This document shows positions 37,906 to 46,608 of a stretch of DNA of 64,000 bases, piece after piece. Position 1 is the first letter of the stretch; every line of letters starts with the position of its first letter. Source of the DNA: an uncultured Acidimicrobiia bacterium (GTDB lineage Bacteria > Actinomycetota > Acidimicrobiia > Acidimicrobiales > AC-14); the NCBI GenBank assembly GCA_963836205.1, contig CAWIIV010000024.1:192001-256000 (forward strand), written 5' to 3'. The position numbers were made by a program, and so were the translations under genes. Under the pieces are notes generated by a model. That model saw only the letters and a list, made by a program, of their open reading frames with translations. It was not told the DNA's origin and searched no databases.

Positions 37906-39345
37906 TTGAGCGAGGGCCGGGCTCCGACCGGGAGGGGCGTCAGACGCCCCCTCCCCTCGCCGCGCCTCGAGTCGTTGTTCGTGGCCACGTTCGTGCTCTT
38001 CGGGTTCCGCCTCGGCGTGCGCCCGATCGGCGACAACTCGATGCTCACCCACGTGCGCACCGGCATCGACATGGTGCGGGGGCTCGGCATCCCCCGGGTG
38101 GACCCCTACTCCTTCACCGCCCCCGGCCACGACTGGGTGGTGCAGAGCTGGCTGCCGGAGTGGACCTACGGGTGGGCCTACCGGCTGGGCGGGTTCCGGC
38201 TGGTGGTGCTCGAACAGGCCGTGGTCATCGCCCTCCTGGCCTGGCTGGTGGTGCGCCTGGTGCGGGCGGGTTCGCCCCTGCGCACCGCCTTCGGCGCCCT
38301 GATCGTGGTCGGGATCGGCGCGCCGTTCTGGTCGCCCCGGCCCCTGCTGTTCGGCGCCGTCTGCATGGCCCTCGCCGTCACGATCGTGGAGAGCCGGCGC
38401 TCGCACTGGTGGCTGGTGCCGGTGGTGTGGCTCTGGGTCAGCAGCCACGGCTCGTTCCCGCTGGGCCTGGCCTGGCTGGCAGCCCGGGCGGTGGGGGAGG
38501 CGTTCGACTGGCGGGCGTGGCCCCGCGATGCAATCCGCTACGTGGGTGGGTTCGTCGTCGGACTGGTGGTGGCGGTGGTCAACCCGCTCGGGGCCAAGCT
38601 GCTGGCGTTCCCGTTCACCCTGGGCGACAAGCGCCAGACGTTCGAGCGCATCGTCGAGTGGATGTCGCCCGACTTCCAGCACGCGCCAGCACGCGTCGCC
38701 CTCATCTTCCTCGTGCTGGCCCTGCTGCTGCTGGTGCGGGCCCGGCTGAGCTGGCGGGACGTCGTGCCGGTGGTCGCCTTCATGGCCGCCGGTCTCCTGG
38801 CCGTCAGGAACCTGCCCATCGCGGCCGTGGTGCTGGCCCCGGTGCTGGGCCGGGTGCTCAAGCGCCCCGACTCGCTCCCGCCCCTGCCCCCCGTTCCCGC
38901 CAGCCGGGAGCGGCTCAACCGGGTCTTCGCGGTGGCGCTCGTGGCCGCCTTCGTCGTCTTCGGACTCTCGATCCGGACCAACGACCCGCTGCGCCTGTCG
39001 GGCTACCCGATCGCGGCGACCGACTTCCTGGAGGAGTCGGGCCTGCTGGCGGCGCCCCACCGGCTGGCGCACCTCGACTTCGTGGGCAACTACTTCGAGC
39101 TCCGCTTCGGCCGCCGGGTCAAGGTCTTCATCGACGACCGCTACGACATGTACCCGGTGGAGGTGTCCCAGGACTACTCCAACCTGCTCCGGGGCCGTCC
39201 GCAGTGGCAGGCCATCCTCCAGGCCCGCCAGATCGACGTCGTTCTGTGGGACCGGGATCTGCCCCTGACCTCCCTCCTCAAGTCCACCGGGCAGTGGCTC
39301 GAGATCTTCGCCGACGGCGACTGGGTGGTCTTGCGGCGACTATGA
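37906..39345 (+). CDS. Polytopic membrane protein, putative GT-C glycosyltransferase
   Basis: Loop D...H..TG...DPYSFT after TM1, many TM segments, C-terminal VFIDDRYDMY domain. Confidence 0.55.
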   Translation: MSEGRAPTGRGVRRPLPSPRLESLFVATFVLFGFRLGVRPIGDNSMLTHVRTGIDMVRGLGIPRVDPYSFTAPGHDWVVQSWLPEWTYGWAYRLGGFRLVVLEQAVVIALLAWLVVRLVRAGSPLRTAFGALIVVGIGAPFWSPRPLLFGAVCMALAVTIVESRRSHWWLVPVVWLWVSSHGSFPLGLAWLAARAVGEAFDWRAWPRDAIRYVGGFVVGLVVAVVNPLGAKLLAFPFTLGDKRQTFERIVEWMSPDFQHAPARVALIFLVLALLLLVRARLSWRDVVPVVAFMAAGLLAVRNLPIAAVVLAPVLGRVLKRPDSLPPLPPVPASRERLNRVFAVALVAAFVVFGLSIRTNDPLRLSGYPIAATDFLEESGLLAAPHRLAHLDFVGNYFELRFGRRVKVFIDDRYDMYPVEVSQDYSNLLRGRPQWQAILQARQIDVVLWDRDLPLTSLLKSTGQWLEIFADGDWVVLRRL

Positions 39346-39352
39346 GGTCGGT

Positions 39353-40528
39353 GTGAATCGCAGTGAGATCATCGGGGACCTGTTGCGGCGGGCCTCGCTC
39401 ACCCCGCCCGACCTGTTGGCGGCCGACGTGGCCAACGCGCTGCACGACGCCGGCGGCAACCACCTCGTCCTCTACGTGGTGGACTACGAGCAGGAGACGC
39501 TTCAGCCGGTGGCGCTGGCCGGCGACCTGCTCTCCGAACGGCCCAAAGGCGTCCCCATCGAGGGAACCATGGCCGGGCGGGCGTTCCAGTCCCAGGAGGT
39601 CCTCTCCGCGGAAACGCCTGCCGGGTGGCGGGTGTGGGCGCCGGTGCGGGAGCGGGCCGAGCGCATCGGGGTCCTCGAGCTGGGCTTTCCCACGGTCGAC
39701 GACGAGCTGCTGGCCCTGTGCGACGACCTCGGCCTGCTGGTCGGGCACCTCACCCACACCGCCGGCCGCTACACCGACCTCATCGAGCTGCGCCGCCGCC
39801 GTCGACCCATGAACCTGGCTGCCGAGATGCAGTGGGACCTGCTGCCCCCGCTGTCGTTCTCGTCGCCTGAGCTGGCCATCGCCGGCCTCCTCGAGCCGGC
39901 GTACTTCGTGGCCGGCGACGCCTTCGACTACTCCCTCAACGGCGACATCCTCGCCTTCGCCATCATCGACGCCATGGGCCACGGGGTGCACTCCACCCTG
40001 GCCAGCACCCTCGCCCTGGGGGCCTTCCGCTACGGACGGCGGCGGGGGCTCGACCTGTCGGTGATCGCGGAGCACGTCGACGACGCGGTGGCCGAGCATT
40101 TTCACGGCGACTGCTTCGTCACCGGCCACCTGGCCCGCCTCGACGTGGCCACCGGCGACCTGCTCTGGGTCAACGCCGGCCACCCCCCGCCGCTCCTGCT
40201 CCGGGGGCCGAAGGTGGTGTCGGAGCTGGCTTGTGAGCCGTGCTTCCCGTTCGGGCTGGGGATCTCGATCACCGAGATCGGCCACTGCCGGCTGCAGCCC
40301 GGCGACCGGGTGCTGTTCTACTCCGACGGCGCCATCGAGGCCCGGCCCACCGCCGGCGAGCAGTTCGGGCTCGAGCGGCTGATCAGCGAGGTGGAGCAGT
40401 TCATCGGCGCGGGCGTCCTGGCTTCGGAGACGCTGCGCCGGCTGGCGGCACGGCTCCGCCAGCACCGGGGCGGGGAGCTGGAGGACGACGCCACCCTCGT
40501 CTTCCTGGACTGGCAGCCCGGCCGCTGA
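39353..40528 (+). CDS. PP2C/SpoIIE (RsbU-like) phosphatase
   Basis: VAGDAFDY, DAMGHG, VNAGHP, YSDG and DDAT motifs. Confidence 0.9.
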   Translation: MNRSEIIGDLLRRASLTPPDLLAADVANALHDAGGNHLVLYVVDYEQETLQPVALAGDLLSERPKGVPIEGTMAGRAFQSQEVLSAETPAGWRVWAPVRERAERIGVLELGFPTVDDELLALCDDLGLLVGHLTHTAGRYTDLIELRRRRRPMNLAAEMQWDLLPPLSFSSPELAIAGLLEPAYFVAGDAFDYSLNGDILAFAIIDAMGHGVHSTLASTLALGAFRYGRRRGLDLSVIAEHVDDAVAEHFHGDCFVTGHLARLDVATGDLLWVNAGHPPPLLLRGPKVVSELACEPCFPFGLGISITEIGHCRLQPGDRVLFYSDGAIEARPTAGEQFGLERLISEVEQFIGAGVLASETLRRLAARLRQHRGGELEDDATLVFLDWQPGR

Positions 40529-40534
40529 CGGCGG

Positions 40535-41023
40535 TCAGCGGCCCTTCGGGCCGTCGGGGTCGGGCGGGCCGTCGGGGTCGGGCGGGGGGCCGAGGAAGCG
40601 GTCGAGGGGGCTGTCCCGGACGATGGCCAGCTCCTTGACCAGATGCACCACCGTCCCTTCCGCCGGGCGGGACTCGAACTTCACCCCGTCGACCAGGGCG
40701 GACAGGATGGCCAGGCCTCGCCCGTCCTCCGCCGATTCGGGGGCCATGCCCTGGGACAGCACCGACGAGTCGTCGAAGCCCCGGCCGGCGTCGACCACCG
40801 TGATCTCGCAGATCTGGTCGGTGACCACCAGGCGGACCTCGTACTCGTCGTCGACGCCCGAGTGCTGCACCACGTTGGTGCACGCCTCGGTGAGGGCCAG
40901 GGCCACGTCGTCGACGTCGGTCGGAGCGACGCCCAGCTCGTCGAGGGCGCACACGGCGATGTGGCGGATCACGGGCAGGGTCGACGAGTCCCGGGGGAGG
41001 CAGACCTCCATCTGGATCCTCAC
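40535..41023 (-). CDS. Anti-sigma factor / RsbW-like kinase (HATPase_c_2)
   Basis: LTEACTNVVQH, DAGRGF and EDGRGL motifs. Confidence 0.85.
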   Translation of the reverse strand: MRIQMEVCLPRDSSTLPVIRHIAVCALDELGVAPTDVDDVALALTEACTNVVQHSGVDDEYEVRLVVTDQICEITVVDAGRGFDDSSVLSQGMAPESAEDGRGLAILSALVDGVKFESRPAEGTVVHLVKELAIVRDSPLDRFLGPPPDPDGPPDPDGPKGR

Positions 41024-41181
41024 TGCGCACCACCGGGCCGCCGCGGCCGACGCCTGCGGGGAAGAGTCGGCGGGTGGGGAGCTCGCTCCATGGGTGGGTC
41101 CGGTTCTCCGGTCGGTTCGGGCTTCGTTCGCTCTCCTTACCCGTCCGCCACCCCTGGCGGAACCAACCTGACCCGGGAAAG

Positions 41182-41219
41182 GCAAGAGGAGCGGGCCCGA
41201 AGGGCTCCGCTCCTCTTGC
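41182..41219. terminator. Hairpin terminator downstream of flp1
   Basis: GCAAGAGGAGCGG...CCGCTCCTCTTGC; related hairpins near 41675, 42101 and 42525. Confidence 0.7.
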
Positions 41220-41254
41220 GCTGACCGGGGGGGGTCAGGTCTGTTGTGTCGGTC

Positions 41255-41464
41255 CTACTCCCCGGCGTCGGCGATGGAGCCGCCAACGGTGGAGAACTTG
41301 TCGGCGGCCTGCTCGCCGAGCTGGGTCAGGGCGATGATGCACACGACAGCGATCAGGGCCAGGAGGAGTGCGTACTCCACCAGGGCCGCACCACGCTCGC
41401 TGCGGCCGAGGACGGCGCGCAGGTAGGGGGTGCAGTTCTTCTGCCAGTAAGCGATGAGGGCCAC
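41255..41464 (-). CDS. flp: Flp type IVb pilin (copy 1, divergent)
   Basis: ERG|AALVEYALLLALIAVV prepilin motif. Confidence 0.9.
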   Translation of the reverse strand: MALIAYWQKNCTPYLRAVLGRSERGAALVEYALLLALIAVVCIIALTQLGEQAADKFSTVGGSIADAGE

Positions 41465-41525
41465 GGTTCTTCCTTCTTGGGGGCTCGGGCACCACTGGGG
41501 TGCAGGAACTCGACTCGTGGTACAG

Positions 41526-41568
41526 GTATCGGCGCCCGTCGCCGGGACTGAATAGGTCTTTCGACCTA
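41526..41568 (-). promoter_or_regulatory. Palindromic box plus sigma-28-like promoter (flp1)
   Basis: TAGGTC-GAAA-GACCTA then TTCA-N15-GCCGATAC. Confidence 0.65.
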
Positions 41569-41585
41569 ATTCCACAAAGTTCCGA

Positions 41586-41641
41586 CAACTCGCTTCCGTC
41601 AACTCGCTTCCGTCAACTCGCTTCCGTCAACTCGCTTCCGA
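41586..41641. repeat. 14-bp tandem repeat, four copies
   Basis: CAACTCGCTTCCGT four times (last base of copy 4 differs). Confidence 0.9.
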
Positions 41642-41742
41642 CGACTCGCCTTCGAACGACAAGAGGGCGGAAGAGGGAGCGAACCGTGGCGTCGCTCCCT
41701 CTTCCGGTTGCCGACCGGGGCTGGTCGGGAGGGCCGGTACCG

Positions 41743-41955
41743 CTAGCCGGCGTCCTCGATGGACTGGCCGACGGTGGAGAACTTGTCCGACGCCTGGTTG
41801 CCAAGGGCGGTCAGGGCGATGATGCAGACGACGGCGATGAGGGCGAGGAGCAGGGCGTACTCGACGAGTGCCGCTCCCCGCTCGCTGCGACCGAACACGG
41901 CCCGCAGGTAGGGGGCGCAGTTCTTCTGCCAGTAGCTGACGATGTTGAGGCTCAT
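41743..41955 (-). CDS. flp: Flp type IVb pilin (copy 2)
   Basis: ERG|AALVEY motif, GGAGA RBS. Confidence 0.9.
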   Translation of the reverse strand: MSLNIVSYWQKNCAPYLRAVFGRSERGAALVEYALLLALIAVVCIIALTALGNQASDKFSTVGQSIEDAG

Positions 41956-42169
41956 TGTGGTTTCTCCCGTTCTGGTTGCCCCCGTCCCGGGGCTGTCTGG
42001 GTACGAGAGATGTATCGGTGGGCGATGAGGGATGGCGTATAGGTCATTTGTCTCAATACCAGGGACAAAGCTGAGGCAAATGAACAGGGGCGGACGCGAA
42101 AAGGAGCGAGCCCGCAGGCTCGCTCCTTCTTCGGTTGCCGACCGGGGCTGGTCGGGAGGGTTGGTACCG

Positions 42170-42382
42170 CTAGCCGGCGTCCTCGATGGACTGGCCGACG
42201 GTGGAGAACTTGTCCGACGCCTGGTTGCCAAGGGCGGTCAGGGCGATGATGCAGACGACGGCGATGAGGGCGAGGAGCAGGGCGTACTCGACGAGTGCCG
42301 CTCCCCGCTCGCTGCGACCGAACACGGCCCGCAGGTAGGGGGCGCAGTTCTTCTGCCAGTAGGTGACGATGTTGAGGCTCAT
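42170..42382 (-). CDS. flp: Flp type IVb pilin (copy 3; mature protein identical to copy 2)
   Basis: Near-identical duplication of copy 2, with one S/T difference in the leader. Confidence 0.9.
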   Translation of the reverse strand: MSLNIVTYWQKNCAPYLRAVFGRSERGAALVEYALLLALIAVVCIIALTALGNQASDKFSTVGQSIEDAG

Positions 42383-42521
42383 TGTGGTTTCTCCGGTTCT
42401 GGTTGGCCCCCGTCCCGGGGCTTTCTGGTTACAAGAGATGTATCGGTGCCGGTTGTCACATTCTTGATGAGTTGTTCGGCCCATCACCCATTCACGTCTT
42501 AAACGCCGAAATCCGGACGCG

Positions 42522-42621
42522 ACAAAGGAGCGAGCGGTGAGCTCGCTCCTTCATCGTTGCCCGACCGGGGCAGGGGTGATGTTCCTCTCAGTTTCGGCCG
42601 ACCGGGGGATCAGTGGCCTCA
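42522..42621 (-). ncRNA. Candidate ~100-nt sRNA (pilin-like cassette without pilin ORF)
   Basis: TCCA-N16-TCCGATAC promoter at 42628-42655, terminator at 42525-42551, two CCCCGGTCGG motifs shared with flp2/flp3 3' UTRs. Confidence 0.4.
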
Positions 42622-42677
42622 AAGGAGGTATCGGACGCACCCTCGGGATGCTGGATGAGCCTTTCGATCCAATTTCC

Positions 42678-44115
42678 GGCTCTCCTGACCACGATGTGGA
42701 TCAGGACGCCTCTTTCCAGACCACCCGCTCGTGCGGCAGCTTGATGTCGATGGGCCCGGCAGCGAGCATGACGAGGGCCAGGGCCGCGTCGGCGGAATGG
42801 AACCCGTACGCCCTGCGGATGATGAGGCGGACCTTGGTGTTGAAGCCCTCCACCCGGCCGTTGGAGATCCCGTGCTCGACGGCGTTGAGGATCATCTCCC
42901 GACGCTGGCGCATGGTCTTGGCCACCTTGACGAACGGCGCCAGCCGCGATCTCTGGGCTCGGGCGCACCACCGGTCGAGAAGCTCGCCCGCCTCGTCGCG
43001 GGTGAGGTCGCCGGCCAGGATGGCCCGGAACTGCTCCTTCATCTCATAGGCCCGCCACATCCCGCCCCGGTTGCGTCGGATGCGCTTGAGCTGGGCGGCC
43101 TGGGTGGTGGTCAGGTCCTCGGGGTTCTTCAGCAGGGCCCACCGGGCTCCCTTGAAGTCCTTGGCCCAGCGGTCGTCGGGAAGCCGGCGCAGCTGGTTCC
43201 ACAGGTCCCGGCGGACCTCGTCGAGAGCGTCGCCCACCAGGCACACGAGGTGGAACGGATCGGCGCACACGATGGCCTGGGGAGCGTGTCCCTCGGCCTT
43301 GACGCTCTTGAGGTAGGCCGGGCCCAGATCCATGGAAAAGGCGCTGAGCTGGGACGATCGCTCCGGCCCGAGCTCGTCGAAGAAGGCGTCGAGGGTCTTG
43401 GCGTCCTTGCCTTTGGCTCCCCAGACGACCCTGCCCCGGTCGTGGTCGACCACCAGCGTCAGGTAGCGGTGGTGCTTGCGCCAGGAGATCTCGTCGACCC
43501 CGATGCGGAACAGGCCGTCGAGGCGATGGTCGTCGAGCTCGCTCGCCACCACCCGTTCGCAGGCCCGTCCCACCGTCCGCCACGACACCCGGCACAGACG
43601 AGCGACCGCCGTGCGGTCCATCCTCGTCGCCAGCCACGCCAGCAGGTCGTCGAGGTCCCGGGTGAGGTTCGCCCCCGGCCGGGCGAAGGGGACGGCCTCC
43701 ACCACCACGCCGTGGTCGGGGCAACGAAGACGGCGCAGGCTGGCCCGGACCTCCAGCCGCCAGGTGCCCAGGTCGAGGTGGCGCCACCACGACGGCGCCG
43801 GCCGGGTGTCGTAGCGGAACCGGGTCTTGAACCCGCAATGGGGGCAGACCAGCCGCCGCCGGCGCAGGGCCACGGTGACGATCACGATCGTGGTCAGGAA
43901 CTCCACGGCGACGACGTTGACGTCGTCGAGCCGAAGGAGGCGCTTGAATGCGGTGGTGACGCGCACGGGTTGAGGACCTCCCGGTTCAGGGGTGTGAGAA
44001 GTCCGTGAACCTTGGCCCGGCCCGTGCCGCGTCACACGGATACCGGAAGACCTGCTCAGCCAGCCACTACACGCCTGCCGGCTCCGATCCCATCCACACT
44101 TGGGTCAGGAGAGCC
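42678..44115 (-). mobile_element. ISL3-family insertion sequence, 1438 bp, 8-bp target duplication CAATTTCC
   Basis: Terminal IRs GGCTCTCCTGACC...GTGGAT at both ends; direct repeats at 42670-42677 and 44116-44123. Confidence 0.92.
42701..43966 (-). CDS. ISL3 transposase
   Basis: CPHCG zinc finger, IGVDEISWRK, DPFH, SNGRVEGFN.K...RRAYGF. Confidence 0.92.
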   Translation of the reverse strand: MRVTTAFKRLLRLDDVNVVAVEFLTTIVIVTVALRRRRLVCPHCGFKTRFRYDTRPAPSWWRHLDLGTWRLEVRASLRRLRCPDHGVVVEAVPFARPGANLTRDLDDLLAWLATRMDRTAVARLCRVSWRTVGRACERVVASELDDHRLDGLFRIGVDEISWRKHHRYLTLVVDHDRGRVVWGAKGKDAKTLDAFFDELGPERSSQLSAFSMDLGPAYLKSVKAEGHAPQAIVCADPFHLVCLVGDALDEVRRDLWNQLRRLPDDRWAKDFKGARWALLKNPEDLTTTQAAQLKRIRRNRGGMWRAYEMKEQFRAILAGDLTRDEAGELLDRWCARAQRSRLAPFVKVAKTMRQRREMILNAVEHGISNGRVEGFNTKVRLIIRRAYGFHSADAALALVMLAAGPIDIKLPHERVVWKEAS

Positions 44116-44139
44116 CAATTTCCGCCCGCCCGGCGGGGG

Positions 44140-44811
44140 TTACGGCTCCGACGGGGACAGGCGGATGATGCCCATCCGGACCGCCCGCAGGACGGCCTGG
44201 GTGCGGTCGCGCGCGTCGAGCTTGGCGTAGATCGAGGCCAGGTGGTTCTTCACCGTTTTCACGCTGATGAAGAGCTGGGCTGCCACCTCGGGCAGGGAAA
44301 GGCCGTCGGCGAAGAGCTGGAGCACTTCCTCCTCCCGGGCGCTGATCACCGACACCGCGGCCCCGTTGTGGCCGTTGAGCTCCCGCTCCCCGTCCCCTCG
44401 TTGCATCTCCACCAGCATCGACGACGCCAGCCCGGCGGACAGCACACCGTCGTCCTGGGCCGCCAGGCGGACGGCGGCCACCACCTCCTCGATGGCGCAG
44501 TCCTTGACCAGGTACCCCACGGCCCCGGCCTGGAGGGCGCGGGACATCACGTCGCCGTCGGCGTGCATGGTCAGCATCACCACTGCGATCGACGGCAGCG
44601 CCCCGTGGATGAGGCGGGTGGCCTCCACCCCGTCCAGTACCGGCATGGTGACGTCCATGAGCACCACGTCGGGGACCAGCTCGGAGGCCATCCGGAAGGC
44701 CTCCTGGCCATCCGAGGCCTCCCCCACCACCTCGAAGCCGTGGTCCTGGAGTGAACGGCGCAGTCCTTCGCGGAGCATGCGGTGGTCGTCGGCAAGCAGC
44801 AAACGGGTCAT
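44140..44811 (-). CDS. NarL/LuxR response regulator
   Basis: LADDH REC domain; SAREEEVL...LFISVKTVKNH HTH. Confidence 0.92.
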   Translation of the reverse strand: MTRLLLADDHRMLREGLRRSLQDHGFEVVGEASDGQEAFRMASELVPDVVLMDVTMPVLDGVEATRLIHGALPSIAVVMLTMHADGDVMSRALQAGAVGYLVKDCAIEEVVAAVRLAAQDDGVLSAGLASSMLVEMQRGDGERELNGHNGAAVSVISAREEEVLQLFADGLSLPEVAAQLFISVKTVKNHLASIYAKLDARDRTQAVLRAVRMGIIRLSPSEP

Positions 44812-46598
44812 GAGGCAGCTCTCTGAGGGTGCGCCGTGCGGGTGGGAGGGTGGGACTGGGCCGAAATGCCGGCGGGGGCGTCGACCCGGCACTCGACGAG
44901 CGTGCCGACGTAAGGCTCGGACTCGACGAGCAGGGTGGCGCCGATGGCGTTGGCCCGCTCCTGCATGCCGGTGAGGCCGAAGGAGTCGGCCCGGTGGGGG
45001 GCCTGGACGGCGAAGCCGATCCCGTCGTCGGCCACCGTGAGCTGGGCCGACTGGCCGTCGCACTTCCAGCGGACGCGCAGGTGCTTGGCCCGGGCGTGGC
45101 GCTCGGCGTTGGTGATCGCCTCCTGGGCGATCCGCCACAGCTCGCGTTCCTGGACCAGGGGCAGGCGGCCGGTGCTCTCGTGGCGGAAGTCGACGAGTAG
45201 GTCGGTGCGGGCCGCCACCCGCTCCAGGGACGCCTCGAGGGTGTCGACCAGCCCCCGTTGGTCGGAGACCTCGGCCCGCAGGTCGGAAAGGGTGTCGCGC
45301 ACCTCGCCGAGCACGGTGCGCACCTCCGAGCGGAGGCTGTCGAGGGACTCCTTGAGCGCGTCGGGCGCCTGCCCGGTGAGGCGGTCGAGCTCGAAGGCCA
45401 CGTAGGCCAGGGACTGGCCGATGCGGTCGTGCATGTCGCGGGCGATGCGAGTGCGTTCCTCGTCCGCCCCCATGCCCCGCAGCCGGCCGAACCAGCGGGC
45501 GTTGTCGATGGCCAGGGCGGCGGAGTCGATGAAACCGTCGAGGAGCTGGAGCTCCCGGCGGCCGTAGCGGCCCGGCTCGTGGTGCTCGAGGGCGACCAGT
45601 CCCACCAGGTTCCCCCGGGCCCGCAGCGGGGCGTAGAGGCCCGACCGCGACACCAGCGTCGGCCCGAATCCCTCGCCCGGGGCCAGGCTGACGACCAGCG
45701 AGGCCACGCTGCTGGTGGTGGCGGCCCGCAGGGGGACGGGAAGGGTCTCGTCGACGAGGGGCCGCGACGCCACCGCGCCCTCGCTGGCGGCCACGATCCA
45801 GCGGCCGGTCACGTCGTCGCGGAGCAGGAGGGCGGTGACGTCACAGTCGATGAGGCTGCGCATGCGCTCGATGGTGGAGGTGGCCACCTGGTCGATGTTC
45901 AGCGACGCCGGGAGGCTCTGGGCCACCCGGTGCAGCGAAACCAGCAGGTCGTTGGCCTCGGCCAGCTGCGACACCCGGTCGAGGGCCTGGGAATGGCGCT
46001 GCTCGGCCTCCCCGAAGAGGCGGCGGGCATAGCCGGCGAGGATCGCCACCAACACCAGCTCGAGCGCCCACTGACCGGTGAGGCCGAGGGGCTCGATGCC
46101 GAAGTTGGAACGCTCCAGGTGGAAGGGGATGCCGACGCTCAGGATGACCACGGCCGCCACCCGCAGGCCGAGCCGGAAGCCCTGGGCGAAGCCGGCGGCC
46201 ACCACCACGCTCAGCAGGCAGAAGGCCAGGGGCGAGGCCCAGTACTCGGTGCTGTCGACGGCGAGGATGGTGAGGAAGAGCTCGACCATGATCGCCAGCG
46301 GGGGGATGGCCGACGTCGGTTCGGCGCCGGCGCCGGCGCCTGTGCTCGCGGGGTCGATCACCGGGTGGCGGGCCCGCCAGGCGGCATGGGCCGCCAGCAC
46401 CACGCCCCACACCACCACGGAGGTCGTGAAGCGCCCGTTGACCGCGGCCACGAAGGCGCTGAGGGCGAGGATCCCCCAGCGGACACCGGGCACCAGCGCC
46501 GCGAACGACGGCTGGTGCCCGGTGTGCCCGATCCCCTGGGGTCCGGTTGCTGGCGGCTCCCCGGTTGCCGTCACGGGGAGAGCGGCATGAGGGAGCAT
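44808..46598 (-). CDS. Membrane GAF sensor histidine kinase (HisKA_3)
   Basis: EERTRIARDMHD, QEAITNA, DDGIGF and GLTGMQER motifs. Confidence 0.9.
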   Translation of the reverse strand: MLPHAALPVTATGEPPATGPQGIGHTGHQPSFAALVPGVRWGILALSAFVAAVNGRFTTSVVVWGVVLAAHAAWRARHPVIDPASTGAGAGAEPTSAIPPLAIMVELFLTILAVDSTEYWASPLAFCLLSVVVAAGFAQGFRLGLRVAAVVILSVGIPFHLERSNFGIEPLGLTGQWALELVLVAILAGYARRLFGEAEQRHSQALDRVSQLAEANDLLVSLHRVAQSLPASLNIDQVATSTIERMRSLIDCDVTALLLRDDVTGRWIVAASEGAVASRPLVDETLPVPLRAATTSSVASLVVSLAPGEGFGPTLVSRSGLYAPLRARGNLVGLVALEHHEPGRYGRRELQLLDGFIDSAALAIDNARWFGRLRGMGADEERTRIARDMHDRIGQSLAYVAFELDRLTGQAPDALKESLDSLRSEVRTVLGEVRDTLSDLRAEVSDQRGLVDTLEASLERVAARTDLLVDFRHESTGRLPLVQERELWRIAQEAITNAERHARAKHLRVRWKCDGQSAQLTVADDGIGFAVQAPHRADSFGLTGMQERANAIGATLLVESEPYVGTLVECRVDAPAGISAQSHPPTRTAHPQRAAS

Positions 46599-46608
46599 CT
46601 TTCGCGTC

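Noticed and set aside
41586-41641. CRISPR array
   Set aside because: Direct tandem 14-mers with no spacers, and no cas genes in the window.
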